DNA of 56,333 nt from Chromera velia (Eukaryota): the NCBI GenBank assembly GCA_018398765.1, contig JAHBMJ010000119.1, positions 1 to 56,333 of the forward strand, in the 5' to 3' direction. The notes under the pieces were generated by a model. It had not been told where the DNA came from and ran no database searches. It saw only the letters and a program-made list of their open reading frames with translations. Every line of letters begins with the position of its first letter. Position 1 is the first letter of the stretch. The translations under genes were made by a program, and so were the position numbers. Shown piece by piece: positions 49,306 through 56,333 of the stretch.

Positions 49306-50355
49306 ATCACGCACGCACGCACCCTTTTCGTTCCATCCGAAATTCATGGGCGACGTCCCCGTCGGTGTCCTTGAAGAGTTTGGGGAGGCCAGTCAGGCTC
49401 TGCATGGGTGAGGGGAGGCATCCAGACGGGAAACAAACAGGCAGGATGATAGACAGATACAGTCAGGGAGCATAGCAGACAACCCAACCAATTTTGGCCG
49501 AAGGCGAGGTGCGACTGCGAAAATGATTTTGTTCTCTTCTTTTCTGTTCAAAAGAGCCGATGAACAAGCAAGCAAGGAGAAAAGGAAGGCAGACAAGACA
49601 GAATGATCCTGTTTAGCTGATGAACACCAATTCCAGCCGTTTTTTCAGTCCCACAAAAAAGAGATTACTATATTCCTTCCTTCGCTCCTCTATGCCTTCC
49701 TCGCAACGAAAACAAAAGAATTTCATAAAGAAAGACGCCTCGGTGGCCTCAATGCAGAGGCAGGCCTTACTACCCTCTTGCAATCCCGTCCTTTTGCTCC
49801 CTCCTTCCCTCTCTCAATTTTTCTCTCTCTGTCTCCCTCGCTGTCCCAGACATACCCTGTCTCCCGATCTCCCCACCACTCAAGGGACTGCCTGCCTGCC
49901 TGACTGACTGACCTGAATGCCGCCCGAGCCTTCTGGGTTCAGTGTCACCAGGGGCTGTTTCCGTTGTGTTGCCTGGTCCTGAAGAACACTCACCCACGCA
50001 CAAATAAATGTGCTTTCGCTTCCACGCAAAAAAGATGCAGTGCGGAGAAAAGAAACAACGGAAATCGAGATCGACTGAGAAGCAGAAGAAGTGTCCGTAC
50101 GCAGCTCACGCTCGTGAGGCGGTCAGAAAAATGAGGCTGACGCAGCCACAGACACATGACAGAGAAAGATGAGAAGTGATATGAAATCAATCAAAAAAGC
50201 AGGGACACGTACAGAGAGACAGACAGACAAACCTTTTTTGCCGCACGTTGACGTGCCCATCTGGCGCGCCACCCGCTAAGCCCTGCCCCCTCGTCCTCGT
50301 CCTCTTCTCCTCCAACGAGAAGGAGGTCTTCTGCGGAACCCGTCAGACGACGAAC

Positions 50356-50410
<55 letters not shown>

Positions 50411-50424
50411 CACACAGACACACA

Positions 50425-50461
<37 letters not shown>

Positions 50462-52633
50462 TCTCTTTTTGGTCTCTGTCAAATCAACAAAGCAGCGTGT
50501 TCGTTTGCCTCCTGGTGTCGCGAGTGTGCGTCCGTTTTCTCTCTGCAAGTCACTTTGCCATCACACTCTCTGTGCAATATCGTCTCTCTCCCTGTGCTTC
50601 TGAGCCTGCCTAGCAGCTGTTCCCTTTGAAAAAAGGCCTTGCTCACTGTCCAGCTTTCTGCTCACATCCTTATGACTCGACCGAGGTTGCTTCCGAGATT
50701 TTCTGTCGTCGCTCTCCCCCTCAAACCGACGAGCAAAAACAGCATCAAGGTCGCTCACTCACTCACTCACTCACTCACTCACCGCTTCCTCCAAAAAAGG
50801 CAGAGCAAGAACAAGGGAATCCTCCAGCGTCAGAGGGAGGCTCCCCAAAACTCCAGCAGCAGCGGCAGAACCAGAGGAAGAGGACGAGGAACCGGAACTT
50901 GCTGCTGACACTGCCAAAGCACCCAGCTGCTTTGACTTGACCACTATGTGATCAAGCCATGAAAGTTCAAAGCTGTCATATCGAGACTTTACTTCCCTCC
51001 CCCCTTTCTCAATACCCTCATCTTCCCCTTCTACCTCCACACCCTCCGATACGACTCCCTTCTCCGCCTTGTTGCCAAACACCATCGAAACTCCGGACAT
51101 CGTCAGCTTACACACAAACGCCCACACACCAAACGCTGCCGTTCCAGACTGTTCGAGAAAACGGGCCAGCGGGACCACTAATGATTCCTGCAAGAGAAGC
51201 AGCCAACGCAATCCTGGAAGCTCTGCCGCCAGAGCCTCCAAGGGCGACTCCATCATCTCACCGCGCACTCTCTCCTCGACACGCACTGCAAGCTGAATAC
51301 ACCAACAGACGCCCAAAAAGATCCCCCACACTGCCGACGGAGTCATGCGAACTCCAAACAGATACAAATCTCTGCTCACTCCTGCCGCACACACGCACGG
51401 GAGCCGCAAGCACGCCAGCACTCCCACTGCAACTGCCGGGTTGGGGAACATGAACGCCTCCCAGTCCTCTCCCGTTAACCAGCGCCAGAAGGGAAACCAG
51501 ACCTGCATGCAGGGCGTGAATGTATGTATACATAGCTTTGACACGCGGCGCCCAAATGGAGTGCACTCATTCATCATCGAGACACGTGGAGTACAGAGAT
51601 ACAGTCGAAACAAAACAATGCAACACATCAACAGGGGGATGCAACCGGGGTTCACATCACTTTTACGACGACTTTACAAGGCAGGAGGAGGAACCTGCAC
51701 TGCAAAAGACGCCTTTCTCTCCAGTTTATCCTCTCCCGGTCTTCCCCCTTCGGCCCACCCACCATGAGTGTCAGAAGGCTTCCGAAGGTGAGGATCCAGG
51801 AGGAACGCCGGGAGCAAAAGTTGAGAGCCCACGCGGGAACGATCCACCTGGAGGAGGTCATCTGAATCACAACCACCACGCCCAAAACACCCGACACCAA
51901 TCTGACCACATCCCCCCACACGATTGTCGAGGGAAGGGGGAACAGAGGGGCCAGGTAGGGAGGAAGGATCAGCCTGGCCACACCACTTACTAGGGCGATG
52001 TACAAAACCGCTGCAGGATGCAGAACATCGCAGAAGAAGGTTACTTGGCCAAGAGAAGTAGAAAGGAAGTATCTCATTTGAAAGCCCGTCAGACGCACAT
52101 TCAGGGACAGAGTGAAGTTCCTGTGGAAGAGAGGCAGGATGGCTGTCCAGTGGCAGAAAAAGAAACGTCAAGAACGGAAAATTCGTTGAAGGGTAGAAGA
52201 GGAGACGGGAAGACAGAAGGTTGGAAGGAACTCAGCATATGGAATTGACGGCAGAATAACGCGCCTTAAGGAGATGGGACGTAGTAGCAAACGCTTGAAT
52301 GGGTAGATGGAAAAGCAAAAAGAAGACGAGTTTGAAAACAAAGGAAGACAAAACTGACGCACCTGTATACGCCTGTGGCATCCCGGTGCAAGCAGGAGGC
52401 ACACAGAGAGGGAGGGACACAGAGCTTGTATCAAACACAGCATTTCGGCAATATGTCAATGGCATGACGTCATGGCCACATTCTCTACCCACCTTTTTGC
52501 ACCATGCAGGAACTTCGTCCCGCACATAGACGTTCACAAGCACAGCGAGCGACGCCGTGAGAAGGCCAAGATGGAATGCCAGTGGAGCAACCAACATGGC
52601 GGCAAGAAACACGTGACGGAAGATCCTCTTCAC
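49306..52633 (-). CDS. Hypothetical multi-pass membrane protein, multi-exon (both ends uncertain)
   Basis: Hydrophobic coding segments lie at ~52633-52493, 52120-51765 and 51502-50783 (VWFPFWRWL...[17 protein letters not shown]...). In-phase exons follow at 50356-50234, 49978-49913 and 49400-49324 with GT-AG boundaries. The 5' exon phases could not be fully resolved. Confidence 0.6.
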
Positions 52634-52919
52634 TTAAGCAACTTAAGCAAGACTTCTGCAGGCTCCTACGATCCCTCGCCAGAGAGAAAGGGACGCGCTT
52701 CACACAGAGGAAAACTCAGTCGATCCGAGACACACCGCGTGCAAGTTTATCCAACAGTATTCAGTGTGCTCAATCTCGAAGTGCGCTCTTCCAAGTCCTT
52801 ACAAAGTAAACCTTTGACCCACTTTCCACTTCGAGCCCTGTTCTTGGAATCAGGCTTTGTAAGGAGAGGGAACGGAGGATGTGCATTGATCTGAGTGACG
52901 TTGCCATCAAATCATCCAT

Positions 52920-53458
52920 GGATCGAGCTGTCTGAAGCTGCTGTCATGCAGTCACCTAGCTGCAAAAAGGGCGCGGCGCGCGGCGGTGTCTGCATGCCCC
53001 GCGGTCAGGCCGGGGGGCCCGCCGCCCGCCGCTGTGCTGCCATGCACTACACCCATACAGAGCTCTGTATATTGACCGATTGCGATCAATTTTCTCACAA
53101 AAAAAAAGAAAGTATAATTTGCATCTATTTGTATTTTGACGATTCAAGTGACAATTTTGATTGGATTATCCGCTTCTGGGAGCTCCCAGAAGGGTCTGCT
53201 TTGAAGTCTAGCTTCCTGAAACGCTCCGAAGTGTCCAGTTCTATTCGGCTGATCCAGAATCAACTTTAAAAATCCGCTTTGTTGAAGGGGGGGCACTTCT
53301 GCTGGATGAAGTGTTGCACAAGTTGCTGTTGCACGAATTGAGTAAACTCACACAACGTGTTTTGATCGAATCATGAGAACACAGTAAAGACTATAAGGGA
53401 AGGCGCGTGCCTCCAATTCCTCTGCCACACTCAAGAGGTCTTCGCTCCCCTTTGACTC
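52920..53458. promoter_or_regulatory. Divergent promoter region with a CpG/GC-rich core and an adjacent poly-A tract
   Basis: Lies between the minus-strand membrane gene and the plus-strand gene at 53459. The GC core is at 52968-53040 and the A-tract at 53099-53107. Confidence 0.5.
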
Positions 53459-56333
53459 ATGACGAGGTAAGGAGGATTCCAACTGTATATGTAGCTCAGT
53501 GTGGTCTGCATTGATGCATGCCCAACCACAAGATCACCTTTCATCTGTTGTGAAGATAGTTTCCTGAAGTTTGAATGAAAGCTCTCTTCTTGTACACTAA
53601 GGTCCACATATGAGAGTGAGCTTCCACAAACATATGTATGTATACGTGTGCGTGTATGCATGTATCCCATGCACATTCAGATGGACACACACCTGAACGT
53701 CTTTGCCTCTCTCTGACTTCCAACTCGTTGTGCCCTCTTTTGCAGGCGCTCCAGCGAGAAAGTTCCTGTGGGGGAAGGATATGAGCAGAAAGGCCCATCT
53801 CACCAACCGCAGCAGGAGAACCAGGATGCATCACCTGCCTTCCCTCTTGTCCCACCCATACATTCCCTCTTCCTCACGTTCCTGCCGGGCCTCTCTCCCT
53901 TCATGCCCCTCCCATACCCAACGGCTCTTCAGTGTGGTGCCCCAACTGTCTCGATGCCCCAGCGAACAGACCCGTCAGAGAGGTTGGCGGCGCTAAGGGA
54001 GGTGGCAAGAATCTACAGGGAGAAAAGAAGACATATTATGAAGGACATGCCGCGCGATGGAGTCGTCAAAAAGTTGCAATACAGAGAAACAGGGGTGGAC
54101 GGAATCGTGGTCGGTTAAGTTGCATGGAAACGTGATATCTGCTATATGTGAGTTCATCTTGCACATGTATCTACCGCGTGCGTATACGTACAAGGAAGGC
54201 AGATCGAGGCACTCTCCTGCCCGTTCAAGTACTTCTGTGACACAGAAGATTCACAGACAGTTCAGCCCTTCAGACACAGACCCAGAGTGATTCCTTTCCG
54301 GTCTTTCCCTGGAACGGGCCCGATTCCATCGATCCAGCCTTCCAGCACACAGATGATCGATCCTAACGATCAGCACAGTTGATGCATCTGCGGGTGATTG
54401 CAGGCTGTCACAAAACCGGTAGGGATGCATTTCACGTTAAAGGAGCTACCTGAAGAGACAGACCTGAAGAAGGTACGTGGCTCTCTGAACCTCGAAAAGG
54501 CTCTTTGATCTATTCTGATCCGCCAGCAAATGCGAATTGAGCTCTGTGTCGTTCCATTCTTGCCTCCACCTTTCGTTCCCTGCCGGTTCCTCTGGATTTA
54601 AATTTTTTCGTTCCCTACCGCCTCGCCGATCTTCCTTCTCTCGTTTCCCAGGCGTTTTCCCTTCTCTTTCTGCCTCACTGCATGTCGTGCCTCAACTCTC
54701 CTCTTTGTTTCCGCCTCTGTCTGTGTGTCTGCCGGTCGGTCAGTCAGTTGGCTAGTCAGCTGGTCAAGCACTCTTTGAAATTCAGTCTTTCTCTCTGTCC
54801 CGTTTTCATTATCTCTTTTCTTTTTTTCAAATCTCTCCGGGGCCGGGTTAATCTGTTAGTGGTGACACATTTGCGTCTCTCTCTCTCTCTCTCTCTCTCT
54901 CTCTNNNNNNNNNNNNNNNNNNNNNNNNNNNNNNNNNNNNNNNNNNNNNNNNNNNNNNNNNNNNNNNNNNNNNNNNNNNNNNNNNNNNNNNNNNNNNNNN
55001 NNNNNNNNNNNNNNNNNNNNNNNNNNNNNNNNNNNNNNNNNNNNNNNNNNNNNNNNNNNNNNNNNNNNNNNNNNNNNNNNNNNNNNNNNNNNNNNNNNNN
55101 NNNNNNNNNNNNNNNNNNNNNNNNNNNNNNNNNNNNNNNNNNNNNNNNNNNNNNNNNNNNNNNNNNNNNNNNNNNNNNNNNNNNNNNNNNNNNNNNNNNN
55201 NNNNNNNNNNNNNNNNNNNNNNNNNNNNNNNNNNNNNNNNNNNNNNNNNNNNNNNNNNNCTCTATCCATAGTGTTTTGCTTTCTCCCGTCTCTTATTTTT
55301 TCTCTTAAAGAAGGTAAGACCTCTACGTGACATGACATGTCTTTGAGGGCCGCTAATTTTGAGGAAAGGTGTCTGAGGTTTTGAAAGCAGCCACCCCTTC
55401 TATCTATGCGCACGCAGGTTACAGGACCGCATTATGGCTCTCGAGTCCGGGAGGGATGCTGAAGAGGCTGAGGTGAGGAAATATGGGGCCCTCGTGAAGA
55501 GTCTTCAGAGACTCTCGGAGAGCCACCAAGATCACTTCAAGAGACTCGAGGCTGCGACGGTCTCACTAACTGACAGAGTCACAAAGGCAGGGGATGTGAG
55601 GGAAGCCTTGCGGGGGTTGGTTGAAGAGGCATTCCCACCCCAAATGAGGGGACAGACTGACGATGCGCAACCGAAGTCTGCACTCAAAGGAGGCAGGGCT
55701 GCGGGGAATTCACAGCAGGCGCTGGAGATGATCAAGGTAAATGACGAATGAGTCGATGTCTGAACTGTGAACGAGAATTTTGTTTTTCAATAGAAGCTTT
55801 TCGGCTGCAACTTTCACTTCTTGACTTGCAAAGAATGGGCGCTCTACACTCCAGAGAGTTACGACAGTCCCTTTCCAATCGGCACTTCATTTCTCCCTCC
55901 CTGCGTCCTTTTCTTCCCCCACCTTTCCTATCGAGTGTGCGACCAATTTTGAAGATTTCCTTCTCCTCCACTTTTGGTTGGTTCTTTTCTTGTCTGCAGA
56001 GCCTTCTCGAGGCCCCTCAGAACGCAGACGCAGACGGAAGCGGATCCCTCTCGGCCGAGCACAGACACGAACTGATGGTCGACCTGAGGGAAGAATGCGC
56101 ACGCATGGTCAGTCGGTCGGTCGGTCGTTCAACCGTTTTCTTCTTCGGAGAACTACAAAAACTCTCACGAAGAAGTGTCCCTCCCCATTGTTTCTTCCTG
56201 CCCTGCCCTGTCCTGTCCTGTCCTGTCCTGGGGAGCGACAGATGCCGTCTAAAGTTGACGCTTTTTACATCTTCATTCTGTTCGCGCTCTCGTATGTCTG
56301 TGTGTGCAGGTCCGGAGATCCGAGCTGGGTCTT
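53459..56333 (+). CDS. Hypothetical protein, multi-exon, 3'-incomplete (predicted helical/coiled-coil)
   Basis: Exons 53459-53466, 53746-54109, 54404-54472, 55418-55736, 56000-56107 and 56310 to the window end, all with GT-AG boundaries. A phase mismatch between 54472 and 55418 implies a missing exon, probably in the N gap. No family recognised. Confidence 0.7.
54905..55259. other. Assembly gap (N run) after a (CT)n tract
   Basis: Seen directly. Confidence 0.99.

Noticed and set aside
51300..51460. Weak resemblance of LACLRLP...LYLFGV to the VTT/Tvp38 (DedA) membrane domain
   Set aside because: Too few conserved residues to assign by eye. It needs an HMM search.
1..56333. CRISPR arrays, rRNA genes and prokaryotic operons
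   Set aside because: No regularly spaced repeat-spacer arrays or rRNA-like sequence were seen, and the window is spliceosomal-intron eukaryotic DNA.

Overview
Intron-rich eukaryotic genomic DNA with microsatellite-filled introns and four assembly gaps. The gene content, the TGCATGCA motifs and the CPW-type ankyrin family suggest a chromerid alveolate such as Chromera; this is inferred, not proven. I reconstructed seven spliced genes by hand. (1) GPI8/PIG-K GPI transamidase (-). (2) Head-to-head with it, a 24-exon, ~1249-aa secreted Cys-rich protein: signal peptide, Kazal domain, six pacifastin-like 8-Cys repeats and eight VWC-like CC repeats. (3) An ankyrin-repeat protein. (4) A small TPYG/SH3-like protein with a P/Q/Y-rich tail. 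(5) A PARP6/8-like protein with inserted UIM-like motifs, a degenerate active site and an apparent frameshift plus TAG. (6) A multi-pass membrane protein. (7) An uncharacterised gene running off the right end. A decayed LTR retrotransposon (43716-48725, -) retains both LTRs, a PBS, a PPT, a degenerate TSD and a nested solo-LTR-like insertion. The most striking signal is that its two LTRs differ by 25 substitutions, all transitions and 13 of them in CpA/TpG context. That is a RIP-like repeat-mutation signature in what appears to be a non-fungal genome.
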